From positions 6,831 through 70,830 of IMG/VR virus record IMGVR_UViG_3300009873_000011: DNA of 64,000 bases, one strand, 5' to 3'. This stretch comes from a virus. Lineage: Duplodnaviria; Caudoviricetes. Positions within the stretch are counted from its first letter, which is position 1, and the number at the start of each line of letters is the position of its first letter. The notes beneath the pieces are model-generated. The model was not told the DNA's origin. It searched no databases and was given only the letters and a program-made list of their open reading frames with translations. Below are positions 14,908 through 24,700 of this stretch, in pieces. The translations under genes and the position numbers were made by a program.

Positions 14908-15388
14908 CTCGATTTTATTCTTTGACCTGGAGACACAGGGACTCAATGCAGACTATGGCAAGATCCTCGTCTATTCTCGGATGTGGTACGGGGACAAGGC
15001 ACCTACAACTACCCTCAGGGAGAACAATATCCTGCGAGCGATGCGGGCTGACTTTGAAAAGGCTGACCTGCTCGTGGGATACAACTCAAGACTCTTTGAC
15101 GTTCTCTTTGCCAATACACGTCTGCTTGAGCGAGGTCTACCCCCTCTGCCACAGCGTCATCACCTTGACCTTTACTTCGCTCTTAAGGGGAAGCTCAGAA
15201 CCACAAGCAAGAGTATGGGAGCTGTTGGATCCCTACTTGGACTAGACGAGAAGAAGATGGGGATTGCAGCGAAAGAGTGGAGGAACAACAACTGGAAGGC
15301 CCTAACTGCTCGGTGTGAGAGTGACGTGAAGCTGCTGAGGGATGTGTACAACGCCGCGAAGCACTTGGTGAAGACGATCAACACATGA
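14861..15388 (+). CDS. DnaQ/RNase_H_2-like 3'-5' exonuclease
   Basis: FFDLET, VGYNSRLFD, HLDL, CESDV. Confidence 0.85.
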   Translation: MKVEVPQFLKLTEASNSILFFDLETQGLNADYGKILVYSRMWYGDKAPTTTLRENNILRAMRADFEKADLLVGYNSRLFDVLFANTRLLERGLPPLPQRHHLDLYFALKGKLRTTSKSMGAVGSLLGLDEKKMGIAAKEWRNNNWKALTARCESDVKLLRDVYNAAKHLVKTINT

Positions 15389-15966
15389 AGAAAAAGCAAG
15401 TCTTGGTCCTTGGGGCCGGGCTTGATCGACAGCAAAGGGTGGTTCTGGGGGCCAGCAATGGCCCCACTTTTGCTGACAACTTCGATCGAGTCATCACGCT
15501 AGACAAAAGTGCTGCATGTTCACCGACGGTTAAGATGGATCTGGCAGACCCGTATTGGGCGGACTACGTGCGGCTGACCTACGGGGAATCGGATGAAGTC
15601 CATGCTTACGAGTGTCTGCATCTGGTAGAGCATTATGGAGGCTCACGTCCATGGGGATTCTTCCGTCTCTGGAAGGCCATCTGGGAAGTGACCAAGCCAG
15701 GGGGGCTAGTCGCGGTGACTACTCCCTGGTGGGAAAGCAAGTGGGTCTTCCAAGACCCAGGGACCGTCCAGGTCTACACACCAGAGAAGCTATGGTACTT
15801 GGATGCTGCCCATTCCGAGCGCCCCATGATGACCAACTATGATTCCCTCTGGCCGGCACCCTACACTTTCACCATAGGCTATGCCGCGCAGCGTGGGGAT
15901 GACCCCAAGAATGCAGGCTTTACGTTCATCCTAGTAAAGGGAGAGAGGAAGAGAAGTGAAGGTTAA
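15385..15966 (+). CDS. class I SAM-dependent methyltransferase
   Basis: VLVLGAG, DEVHAYECL..EH, TKPGGLVAVTTP. Confidence 0.75.
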   Translation: MKKKQVLVLGAGLDRQQRVVLGASNGPTFADNFDRVITLDKSAACSPTVKMDLADPYWADYVRLTYGESDEVHAYECLHLVEHYGGSRPWGFFRLWKAIWEVTKPGGLVAVTTPWWESKWVFQDPGTVQVYTPEKLWYLDAAHSERPMMTNYDSLWPAPYTFTIGYAAQRGDDPKNAGFTFILVKGERKRSEG

Positions 15967-16351
15967 GACAGCAGTAGGGGAGTTTGTGGTCCCCGAGAGG
16001 GTTTCCCCCAGGGCTAAGTACTGGGCCGAAGCGCTCCACAACGTGGTGCGGATCGAGGAACTCTACGGGTTGGTACAGGTGATGCTCGATGAGGCCTTCT
16101 ACGCAGGAAGGGCCGAGGCACTTAATCATTTCATGGCCGGGCTGGCGGAGAAGCTAGCCCCGGAGGTAGTTGATGTCGAATGGACGGAAGTCACGGAGTC
16201 TGCACAAGGAGATATTCAAGAGGGGGATGAAGGGTCCGCAGGACCCGAGCATCCTGAGCCAGTTGCAGTTAGCCAAGCGGACGGATCCGCTGAACCTACC
16301 CTGGCTGACAGCGGCGTACATGGAGGCGCTGAGCAAGGCTCCGGGAGCTAG
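15956..16351 (+). CDS. hypothetical protein
   Basis: GTG start after GAGGA; within the operon. Confidence 0.5.
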   Translation: MKVKTAVGEFVVPERVSPRAKYWAEALHNVVRIEELYGLVQVMLDEAFYAGRAEALNHFMAGLAEKLAPEVVDVEWTEVTESAQGDIQEGDEGSAGPEHPEPVAVSQADGSAEPTLADSGVHGGAEQGSGS

Positions 16352-16397
16352 CGAGGCGACCAAGAGGAAGTGGAGGAAGGCGGTAGGTCTTGGTTAA
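16227..16397 (+). CDS. hypothetical protein
   Basis: GAGGGG RBS; overlaps neighbours. Confidence 0.4.
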   Translation: MKGPQDPSILSQLQLAKRTDPLNLPWLTAAYMEALSKAPGASEATKRKWRKAVGLG

Positions 16398-17109
16398 AGC
16401 CATCAGCGTAGTGAGTGACCCGGAGCACCCAGGCGCGAAGCGCCTGAGCCGCTCCGCCAAGTTCTGGGGCTGGGACCACTCCTTCGTCATCAAGCAGGGA
16501 CAACCGGATCTTTCCCCGCCTTACGACCCCTGGCTCCCCAGCTACCGCGCCGAGCAGCTCGGCCAGCTGGAGTACATCAACCAGCACACTCCGGACTTCT
16601 TGCTATACCTGGATGGATGGGACTCCGTATTCACCGGCCCGCCCCAGGAGCTTCCCCTCCTCAAGGGGCATCTATCCTTCGGTGGGGACACAGTGCTCCA
16701 CCCGGAGGGGAGCACCCAGCCGGTTTCCTCCTTCCCGAAGGTTGGGGAGCTGGAGTTTCGCTTCGTCAACATGGGAGTGGTCTGGGGGGATGCCATGGTG
16801 CTTAGGGAGCTAGCCGCGGACTACCTTCAGAACTCCCCAGAGCAGATGGTGAACCAGCTCTACTTCAACCGAAGGTTTGCTTTCGAGCGTGGGGTGGGGA
16901 GGCAGCGCCTCCACATCGACACCCAGGCTAGAGTGAGCCTCAACATCATGGATGTGCAGAAGCGTCACTTCGAAATGCGGGGGCCTCGTCCCCACTACCT
17001 TCCCACTGACACCTACCCCATCATCATGCACGCCCCCGGGAAGGGCTTCTCCCACAAGGACAAGGCGGTACCGCTTCCTGAGGAGATTGAGAGACTTTAT
17101 GCAGAGTAG
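16390..17109 (+). CDS. PLOD/LH3-like glycosyltransferase domain protein 1
   Basis: YLDGWDSVF, FVNMGVVWG, NQLYF, LHIDT, MHAPG. Confidence 0.65.
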   Translation: MVKAISVVSDPEHPGAKRLSRSAKFWGWDHSFVIKQGQPDLSPPYDPWLPSYRAEQLGQLEYINQHTPDFLLYLDGWDSVFTGPPQELPLLKGHLSFGGDTVLHPEGSTQPVSSFPKVGELEFRFVNMGVVWGDAMVLRELAADYLQNSPEQMVNQLYFNRRFAFERGVGRQRLHIDTQARVSLNIMDVQKRHFEMRGPRPHYLPTDTYPIIMHAPGKGFSHKDKAVPLPEEIERLYAE

Positions 17110-17734
17110 GTTTAGAGTGTTCACCCTCACTACCTCTCACCCGGGAGACCCGAGGATCCAACGTCTCCAGCGTAGTGCAGCGAAGTACGCGATCCCTCTG
17201 GAAGTACTCTATCTATACACCTCTGGTCAGACTTACGAGTCCTTCCTAGAGCACAAGCACCGCTACATAGCAGGGGTGCTGGCCAGGACCCGTGCTCCCG
17301 GCTTCCTCTACCTGGATGCTTGGGACACAGTGTTCACCGGGGAGATCCCGCTGGAAGTGTTCTCCGAAGTAGACCTCTGCTTTGGTGCGGAGAAGAACTG
17401 CTACCCGGAACCCAGCTACGCAAGGAGTTTTGACCAAACCTCCCCCTTCCCCTACCTAAACTCCGGGGTGATGTGGGGGAACACCAACCTGGCCCTGGAG
17501 CTAACCCCTACGCAGGTAGAGCACGACCAGTTAGCGTGGACGAAGCAATACCTTCTGACGCCTGAGAGGATCCACCTCGACACTCACGCCCGGCATGTGC
17601 TGAACCTTCACTCGACAGATCCACAGGATCTGTCCTATTTCCCCGATGGGGTGCGGTACAATCCCACTAGCACCTGGCCTTTCATCCTGCATGGGAATGG
17701 GAAGTGGCCGCTTCCTCAGTGGACGGAGGTTTAG
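17099..17734 (+). CDS. PLOD/LH3-like glycosyltransferase domain protein 2
   Basis: YLDAWDTVF, FGAEKNCYP, YLNSGVMWG, HDQLAW, HLD, LHGNG. Confidence 0.8.
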   Translation: MQSRFRVFTLTTSHPGDPRIQRLQRSAAKYAIPLEVLYLYTSGQTYESFLEHKHRYIAGVLARTRAPGFLYLDAWDTVFTGEIPLEVFSEVDLCFGAEKNCYPEPSYARSFDQTSPFPYLNSGVMWGNTNLALELTPTQVEHDQLAWTKQYLLTPERIHLDTHARHVLNLHSTDPQDLSYFPDGVRYNPTSTWPFILHGNGKWPLPQWTEV

Positions 17735-19336
17735 TTGCTTGCAAAACCAAAAGAGTGCGCCGGATGCCCTCTCTTTTCTCTCGGACAGGGCTTTGCTCGC
17801 ACTAGAGGAGAAGGAAAGAAAGGCGTACTTGTCGTCGCTGAAGCACTCGGAGAAGACGAGGCAAGAGCAGGAAGCCCCCTGGTTGGCCGCGCAGGCGCGG
17901 TCTGGGATCGCATTGTCGGACGCACTAAGGATCCAACAACGGGCAGCTACCTGGAATCAAACTCAGATCTACTCCACGCCAATGTGGTCAACTGTCGCCC
18001 ACCTAACAACATCCTCACCGGAGCCCCCTACGAGCACGGAGCCATTAGCCATTGCTCGCCCTACCTGGAGGAGACTATCCGGAAGTTCCAGCCCCGGGCC
18101 ATTCTCGCACTGGGTAACACCTCCCTCCGCCGTCTCACCGGCCAATGGGGCATCGAGCAACTCCGCGGCTACATCTTCGAGACAAAGTACGGACCTGTCA
18201 TTCCTACCTATCACCCCAGCTATATCCAGAGGGGGAAGTGGAACCTGGCCCGGATTGTTCAACTGGATCTTCTTAGAGCCATTGAGGTGGCTAGGGAGGG
18301 GTCTAAGAAGTTTCTTCATGACAAAGCCTATGTCCTATCTCCCTCGTGGCAGCAGGTACATGCTTTTGTGGAGGGCTGGAGAGCTGCGGGACGACCGCCC
18401 ATAGCCTTTGATATTGAAACGCCCCACTCCGGTGAGGCCGCAGAAAACGAGGAGATGACCTTCGAGGATGACCCAAGCTACACCATCCTCATGGTCAGCC
18501 TAGCTTATGAACCTTATCGGGCAATCAGCATACCTTGGCAGGCGCCATTCATTGACTTGGTGCGGGAAGTCCTCTCTGAAGCACCAATGTCTCTCGTGTG
18601 GAATGCAAAGTTCGATGTGCCTAGACTATGCGCAAATGGGGTCCACTTTGGCGGTGAGATTGTCGATGTCATGCTCGCATGGCACTGGCTTGAGCCTTCA
18701 CTACCTATGGGGCTCAAGTGGGTGGCCACCTTCTTCTGTCCAGACATGCACGCTTGGAAACTGGATATGGGGAAGAACTTTCAATGGTACAATGCAGCAG
18801 ACTCCGATGTTCTGCTGCGCGTGTTTGAAGGAGTACGGGCTAAGCTAGAGGAGCAGGGAAGGTGGAAGACCTTCCTAAGGCACTTCGTAGAGTTCGGGAA
18901 GATCCTTCAGAGGATGAGCGAAAGGGGGGTGAGCATTGACCACACCGCTAGGGCAGCAGCTAGAGATTACTTCGGTGGCCGGTTCACGGAAGTGGTTAGC
19001 GCCGCCGACTCTCTGGCTCCGGGACAGGTCAAGCGCGTCCATCCGAAGAGAGGTTACAAGAAGACGCCGAAGGATACGGAAGGCCTCGTCCAGATCGAGG
19101 TGGAGCTGACACCGGAAGAAGCAGAAGCAGCGAGGAAGAGAGATGAAAGGCTCAGAAAGAAACTCCAGGAAGCTAGAGAAAAAGCGGCTCGCAAAGCAGA
19201 GAGAAGAGCAGCTGCGGAAGCTAAGCGAAGAGGAAAGGAAGAGCGAGCAGCCCTTAGGGCAGCAAAGCGAGCTGGAAGAGAAGCGGAGAAGGCTCGAAGA
19301 AAGATGGCTGGAAGCAAACAGCAAGAGGCTAGCTAA
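17735..19336 (+). CDS. DNA polymerase A N-terminal part: family-4 UDG + 3'-5' exonuclease + start of thumb
   Basis: CAGCPL, AEALGEDE, NVVNCRPPNN, YHPS; FDIETP, WNAKFD, YNAADS. Confidence 0.85.
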   Translation: MLAKPKECAGCPLFSLGQGFARTRGEGKKGVLVVAEALGEDEARAGSPLVGRAGAVWDRIVGRTKDPTTGSYLESNSDLLHANVVNCRPPNNILTGAPYEHGAISHCSPYLEETIRKFQPRAILALGNTSLRRLTGQWGIEQLRGYIFETKYGPVIPTYHPSYIQRGKWNLARIVQLDLLRAIEVAREGSKKFLHDKAYVLSPSWQQVHAFVEGWRAAGRPPIAFDIETPHSGEAAENEEMTFEDDPSYTILMVSLAYEPYRAISIPWQAPFIDLVREVLSEAPMSLVWNAKFDVPRLCANGVHFGGEIVDVMLAWHWLEPSLPMGLKWVATFFCPDMHAWKLDMGKNFQWYNAADSDVLLRVFEGVRAKLEEQGRWKTFLRHFVEFGKILQRMSERGVSIDHTARAAARDYFGGRFTEVVSAADSLAPGQVKRVHPKRGYKKTPKDTEGLVQIEVELTPEEAEAARKRDERLRKKLQEAREKAARKAERRAAAEAKRRGKEERAALRAAKRAGREAEKARRKMAGSKQQEAS

Positions 19337-19512
19337 TGGCTAACGCTTGCACTCATGAGCACGACTGCTGTAGGTGCGGCAAACCCTACTCCTGCTCCAA
19401 CCCGGAGTGCATGACCCTGACTGGTTTCCAGATGCTGTGTGACAGGTGTGGGTACCTGTATGGTTGGCGGCAGAGGCAGGATAGGGATTTGAATGACTGG
19501 AGTGCCCTCTAG
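19336..19512 (+). CDS. 58-aa Cys-rich Zn-finger protein (not in ORF track)
   Basis: MANACTHEHDCCRCGKPYSCSNPEC...CDRCG; TAATG and TAGTG overlaps with both polymerase halves. Confidence 0.6.
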   Translation: MANACTHEHDCCRCGKPYSCSNPECMTLTGFQMLCDRCGYLYGWRQRQDRDLNDWSAL

Positions 19513-20675
19513 TGAGAGAGGTTCGCTACGCCCAGCAGCTCCCCTTCAACCCGCTCTCCCCTCCTCAGGTCCTCTCCTACCTCCAGTTCAAGGGGTACAA
19601 GATCCCGAAGGACAGGAAAACCCGGAAGCCGACAACTAATGATGATGCACTCCGGATGGTGCTCAGGAACAACCAGGACCCGCTCCTAGAGCGGGTCCTA
19701 GAGGCCCGGGCCTTAGGGAAGGCCCTGGGGTACCTAAAGGACACCGCTGTAGGGGCGGATGGGAAGTTCCACCCGATCTACACGTTCAAGCCTGAAACCG
19801 GCCGGCTGTCCAGTGTCCGCCCTAACATGCAAAACGTCCCGAACGGTGGTGTTGATGAAGAACTCGCCAAAGCCATTCGTTCCTGCGTGGTCCCATCTCG
19901 GCCTGGAAGAGTTCTGGTTGAGTGTGACTGGCGAGCCATGGAAGCCGTCCTCACCGGATGGTTCGCAGGAGACGACGAGTACATCGCAGCATCCAAGAAA
20001 GACTCCCACTCTTGGTACGCAGGATACATCCTCCAAGACGCAGGAGTGATTAAGGAGGTTCCCTCACCACTAAGTGATGGGTTTATGGACTTCGCCCACT
20101 GGGTGAAGAAGGAGCACCCCGCGGTGCGGCGGGATGCCAAGATGGTGAACCTCGCCACTGGCTACAACATGCGGTGGCCCCTTCTCGCCTCCACCATGCA
20201 CTGGCCTGCGGAGAAGGCCAAGCGCTTCATCGCCCTGAAGGACGAGATGGCCCCGAAGGTGAAGAAGTGGAAGGAAGCCACCTGGCTGGAGGCACACCGG
20301 AAGGGGTACCTCGAAACCCCCTTCGGCTACCAGTGCTTCTTCTGGGATGTGCTAGTCCCGGTGAAGGGGAAGCCGGGAGAGTTTAGCCTCGGAAAGGAAG
20401 CCAACGCTTCCCTGGCCTTCCGCCCACAGAGTAGCGGAGCAGCCATGCTCCGAGAGGTGATGCTTGAGGGGGCTGAGCACGATGGAGAGTTGTGGGACTA
20501 TCTCGTTCCAATCCACGACGCCACTCTTAGTGAGTGTTGGGAAAAGGACATAGATCAAGTAGCAAAGATCCAGACCGCTTCAATGGGTCGGGCATGGCCA
20601 GAGTTGAACAACCTCATCATCGAAGCCACCTATAAGGTAGGGGTGAACTGGGGAAGTATGGAAGGGGAAGATTAA
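19512..20675 (+). CDS. DNA polymerase A C-terminal catalytic part
   Basis: FNPLSPPQ, ETGRLSS..PNMQN, DWRAME, R..AK.VN, IHD. Confidence 0.9.
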   Translation: MREVRYAQQLPFNPLSPPQVLSYLQFKGYKIPKDRKTRKPTTNDDALRMVLRNNQDPLLERVLEARALGKALGYLKDTAVGADGKFHPIYTFKPETGRLSSVRPNMQNVPNGGVDEELAKAIRSCVVPSRPGRVLVECDWRAMEAVLTGWFAGDDEYIAASKKDSHSWYAGYILQDAGVIKEVPSPLSDGFMDFAHWVKKEHPAVRRDAKMVNLATGYNMRWPLLASTMHWPAEKAKRFIALKDEMAPKVKKWKEATWLEAHRKGYLETPFGYQCFFWDVLVPVKGKPGEFSLGKEANASLAFRPQSSGAAMLREVMLEGAEHDGELWDYLVPIHDATLSECWEKDIDQVAKIQTASMGRAWPELNNLIIEATYKVGVNWGSMEGED

Positions 20676-20676
20676 G

Positions 20677-20853
20677 ATGAGTACACTAACGTATGACCTG
20701 TGGAGGGAAGCGCAAGCATTGGCAACCTACCTCGATGAAAATGAGGGAGCTTGCAGTAGAGATCAAGTGAGAGAAATGATGGGAAACCTCACCACTGCCT
20801 ACTTCCTCTGGGCAGATTCCATTGACAAGGTGAGCCTAGAAGAGGTACTCTAG
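20677..20853 (+). CDS. hypothetical protein (not in ORF track)
   Basis: 58-aa ORF starting 1 nt after the polymerase stop. Confidence 0.5.
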   Translation: MSTLTYDLWREAQALATYLDENEGACSRDQVREMMGNLTTAYFLWADSIDKVSLEEVL

Positions 20854-20883
20854 CTCATCTTATACCGGGCTTCGGCCCCGACC

Positions 20884-20922
20884 AGCCAGGGAGGTCGTAA
20901 CAAGTCCCTGGCTTTTACTTTT
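20884..20922 (+). terminator. terminator at the convergence of the two arms
   Basis: AGCCAGGGA/TCCCTGGCT stem followed by TTTACTTTT; a UUCG hairpin just upstream. Confidence 0.7.
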
Positions 20923-21085
20923 CCGGAACCCTCGGAATCCCTCTAGGCCCCGCACCCTTCTTCAGGGCGTTCAAAGTAAGGGCCGTCGCGTACTCCAATT
21001 CCTTCTTGGGATTCCTCTTCACGTACACCCTCTTCCCCTCCCGGTCGAAGTAGTAAGCCCGAGTGAGGTCCGTGAGCTTTTCCAT
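20915..21085 (-). CDS. hypothetical protein (not in ORF track)
   Basis: 56-aa ORF MEKLTDLTRAYY...; TAATG overlap. Confidence 0.5.
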   Translation of the reverse strand: MEKLTDLTRAYYFDREGKRVYVKRNPKKELEYATALTLNALKKGAGPRGIPRVPEK

Positions 21086-21738
21086 TAGTACCCCTGCCCC
21101 GGAAGGCTCTTCCTGATCCCCCTGGTAGCTTGCTCGATCCCCTTGTTCCGCTTTTCAAGCTTCTCCGCCTGACCGTAGGCGTCGGAAAGCTTAGAGAGCT
21201 TAGGAGCCGGCGCAGCTGCCGCCTTAGGCCTGGTGTTCATCCCTTCCGTCCTAGCTCGTGCGGTTGCGGCCCTCAACTTCTTCGTCTCCTCGTTGGCCAA
21301 CGAGGGGTCATCCCAAGGGTTTGCCATAGGGGTTTCCTTTCTCTTTATCTTGTCTGCCCCTAGGGCAGCCAGTTTTCCTCGTAGTATCCCAAGACGCTGG
21401 GCTACCTCTAGCTCTTTCCTCTCCGGTCCCATCCCAGGGACACCAAGGGCATGCCCAGCCCCACGGAAAGCCTTGGTCACCGGCTCGGCAACCCCGGAGA
21501 GTCCCGGCCACTTCTGAGCAAACAAGTAGGCAGACCCATAGCGCTCCGCCGCGGCGGGGTCGTAGATTTTCTGCTCCCCCGGATAGGCAGCGTCCCTGAT
21601 CCCTGGGATCCTCTCCCTTTGAACCAGGTCCATTCGCTCAGTTTCCCCTACTCCGTAGCGAAGCTTATTGGCGAGGTCCAGGGCTTCTTCCGCCACCTTC
21701 CCGTCCACCACCATCCCGTGTAGTCCTGTGTCTGCCAT
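21085..21738 (-). CDS. hypothetical protein (possible internal start MANPW)
   Basis: Starts 1 nt after the giant gene; internal AAGGA-ATG. Confidence 0.55.
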   Translation of the reverse strand: MADTGLHGMVVDGKVAEEALDLANKLRYGVGETERMDLVQRERIPGIRDAAYPGEQKIYDPAAAERYGSAYLFAQKWPGLSGVAEPVTKAFRGAGHALGVPGMGPERKELEVAQRLGILRGKLAALGADKIKRKETPMANPWDDPSLANEETKKLRAATARARTEGMNTRPKAAAAPAPKLSKLSDAYGQAEKLEKRNKGIEQATRGIRKSLPGQGY

Positions 21739-21739
21739 C

Positions 21740-24700
21740 TTAATCCTTCTCCGGTTCTAGGTTGGAAGGCTTCACTTCCCCCCTCTTTGCCTTCTCGGCG
21801 TACTTCTGCCTAAGCCTTCGGTTCGCCCCGTAGAGCGTGTTTAGCTGGTGTACCTTCTTGTAGAGCACCGCCCGCTTCTTGTGATCCGCTACCCTCTGGT
21901 AAGCCTCCGAGGTGATGAACTCGTTCAGTAGCTGGGTCACCAGCGGCATGTACTCCTTCTCGAACTCTTCCCGCTCAGCGGGGGAGAGGGTGTAGTAGTT
22001 GGGTCGGCCTGCGGTGTCCCTACCTGGGATAGTGACCCGGGTTGAGAGGGTAGGCTGGTAGACTCCCCGAGCTTTCAGCTCCGCCCTGTTAGTCCTCTCT
22101 GCCATCTTGAGCGGCTCAGTGGTCCTCCAGGCACGGACTCCTCTTCCTGTGTTCTCCCCTACGCTATTCCCTAGGAGCATCAGCGGGATCAGCCAGGAGA
22201 CCCTAGGGTTCTCCTGAACGATATCGTTCATGTCTTCCACGCTCATAGGGGTTACCAGCTGGGAGATCAGGGTGGTTGCGGCTCCCGTCGGGTTCCGCTT
22301 GAAGTCCACCGGGGCACCCTCCACCGTTCTCTCGGTAAGCACATTCGCCACCGCGCTCGCCCCAGGCCCCAGCTTGCTCCGGAAGAAATTGACTACCGTG
22401 TCGCCAACATTCTTTGGCCTTTCTATTCCGGTACCCCGCTCCTTTTCCTTCCCGGTGAGCACCTGAGCGGAAGCCCTCACAAACTGATACCACCCACCTC
22501 CACCGTCGTAAGTAATGTCCCCCACCTTGATCTTCCCGAAATCGGTAGAGATTAGGGAGTCCTCCACCTCTGGCTTCTCCCCTGTGGCTGCTGCGATAGA
22601 GTAGATCAACCCATTCGCCGCAACCGCCCCGGTGATAGCCCGCATCATCTGCCTTCGGGCATAGCGACTCATGGTAGAACTACCCCTTCCATGTACCCCC
22701 TGGGTAACATGGAAGAGGGCATCCCCCATCATCCTCACTCGGGATGCATTCATCTGGGCAGAGTAGAACACGTAGTTGAGACGCTTGTCCCACTTAGCAT
22801 TTCGGGTAACGGCTCCCCTAGAAGCGGCGTTGTTAACATACTCCGCTAGAGAAGCTAGATCCTCCGGGCGAACCTTGTAAGCCTTAGGGTTCAGCTTGTT
22901 GAGAGCCACAAAGGTGTCAAACCCGTGCTTGAACGCATCCCGCATGGCCTTGTTCTGGTAGTACTCGAAGGAGTTCTTGGACGCGTTAATGAGGGCTCGT
23001 GGGAGTTTAGCTGGAGCCCCAACCTTCCCCAGTAGGGATGTCGCCTTGTCCTCAAACTTCTTGAATGCCTTGTCCACCAGCTCATGCCCTATCCAGCTCT
23101 CATGCACCTTACCCTTGTGGATGAAGTTCACCCCCATCTCGTCAGCAAGGCGGAACCAAGAGTCATCCTTGAGCGCTCCCATCAGTTCGGCAGCCTTCTT
23201 CTCAGAACCGAAACTCTTCAGCATATCCCAGATGTTGCGACCAAAAGAGGTGTCGGACTGCTTGCCATACCTTCCTAGGGTGGCAGCCCATAGAAGATCC
23301 TGAGTGATCTGATCCGTGGTCAACTGATAGGTCTGCCTGAACGGGTTGCTCACGTCCACAGCGGTAACCAACGGTCTGGTGAAGTTCGCAGCTTCTCCCA
23401 GGTTGTCGAAGATCTTGTCCCTGGTGGTCTGCATGCCAGATTCCCTGATCTTCCCAACCTTCTTCGCCAGAGGCATTACTTGCTCTTCCAGGAAGAGGTC
23501 TCTTCCCATCTGGAGATCCCAAGGGTTAGGACCAGTGTCAGCGGTGGCGCTAGCCTCGTCCTTCAGGGCTTGCCTTTCTAGAAGGTCATCCAGGTCTACC
23601 TTAGCCTTCCCCCTCTTGAGGTACTCCATCCGTTGAGTTGGGCTCACCGGCCTGCTTACGTGCCGCTCGAATGCCTGCTCTCTCCTTCGGAGGAATTCTA
23701 GGGCGTCCTCAGCTTCCGTCGGCTTGAGATTCCCTGCCGCTACTTGCCGCTTCACCCAAGCCTGCTGCTCGGAGAAGAGCCGTGGGGTGGTTTGCTTCTT
23801 CAGCCAATCCTTGGTCTCGGTAGGTAGGCTGATGTCGGTGGCCTTCTGCCTACCCTCATAGCGCTCCTTAAGTCTCTCCGCACTTCTAAAGGCTAGCCAT
23901 TCCTCCCCCGCCTCAACCTGGAGTTGCTCCCACTCGTTCTCGTACTTCCTCTTGAGCTTCTGCTCGAAGCTCTTAAGCTCCCCACGGTTGAGCATGTACT
24001 CGTCATCCAGGTCGATAGGTCTACCATCTAGGTAGTCCTCCAGAAGGTTCCTGTAGTCATACTTCTGCTTAGCCGTCTCCTTGGCTTCAGCAACATTCCT
24101 TAGTCTTCCCCCAGCGCCTAGCTTGTGAATGAAGATCTCCAGCTCCTCCATCCCCAGCTTGACCTGATCTCTCACATAAGCGGCCTTCGCCTTGATGCTC
24201 TCGGGGGTGACAGGGGCCTTGACCTCCCTCAGCTTCCTAGGCTTCGCCACCATCCGCTCGGAGACCACACCTGCCCTTGGTCCGGTGTACTTCTCCCCGT
24301 AGTGCTCCGCGATGTCAAAGGCCTGGTCGGTCTTTACCCCTCCCTTGCCCTTGGCGAAGCCTTCCTCCTGCTTGAGGAGATTCTTCTTCCCCGCCCTTCC
24401 ACCCTTAGGCGCAACGGGCGAGCTGAAGGGATTTAGAGTGTCCGGGATCTTCTCGAACCTTGCCTTCCCCTTGACTGTCTCAGCGGGGAGGGCACCAAAC
24501 TCCATCTCAGCTGGCTGCTTCCCGGCTACCTCCAGATACTCCGGAGCGGCTTCGATCTTATTTACCAGCTCGGTATCCCCGGCCTTCTTTGCCTTCTCAA
24601 GAAGGTCCTTCAGAGTAGCTCGCTCAGAGTACGCCTTGATGGGTGAGGTGGCTCTTCCCTCACCACGGGTGACAGCCGCAGGCACTACATCCTCCGGGAG

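Noticed and set aside
19336-19512. Intron or intein explaining the polymerase split
   Set aside because: No intein terminal residues or group I/II structure visible; the gap is filled by a coupled ORF
20894-20904. GTCGTAACAAG in the terminator loop matches the conserved 16S rRNA 3' segment
   Set aside because: Only 11 nt with no flanking rRNA similarity; a chance match in 64 kb is plausible
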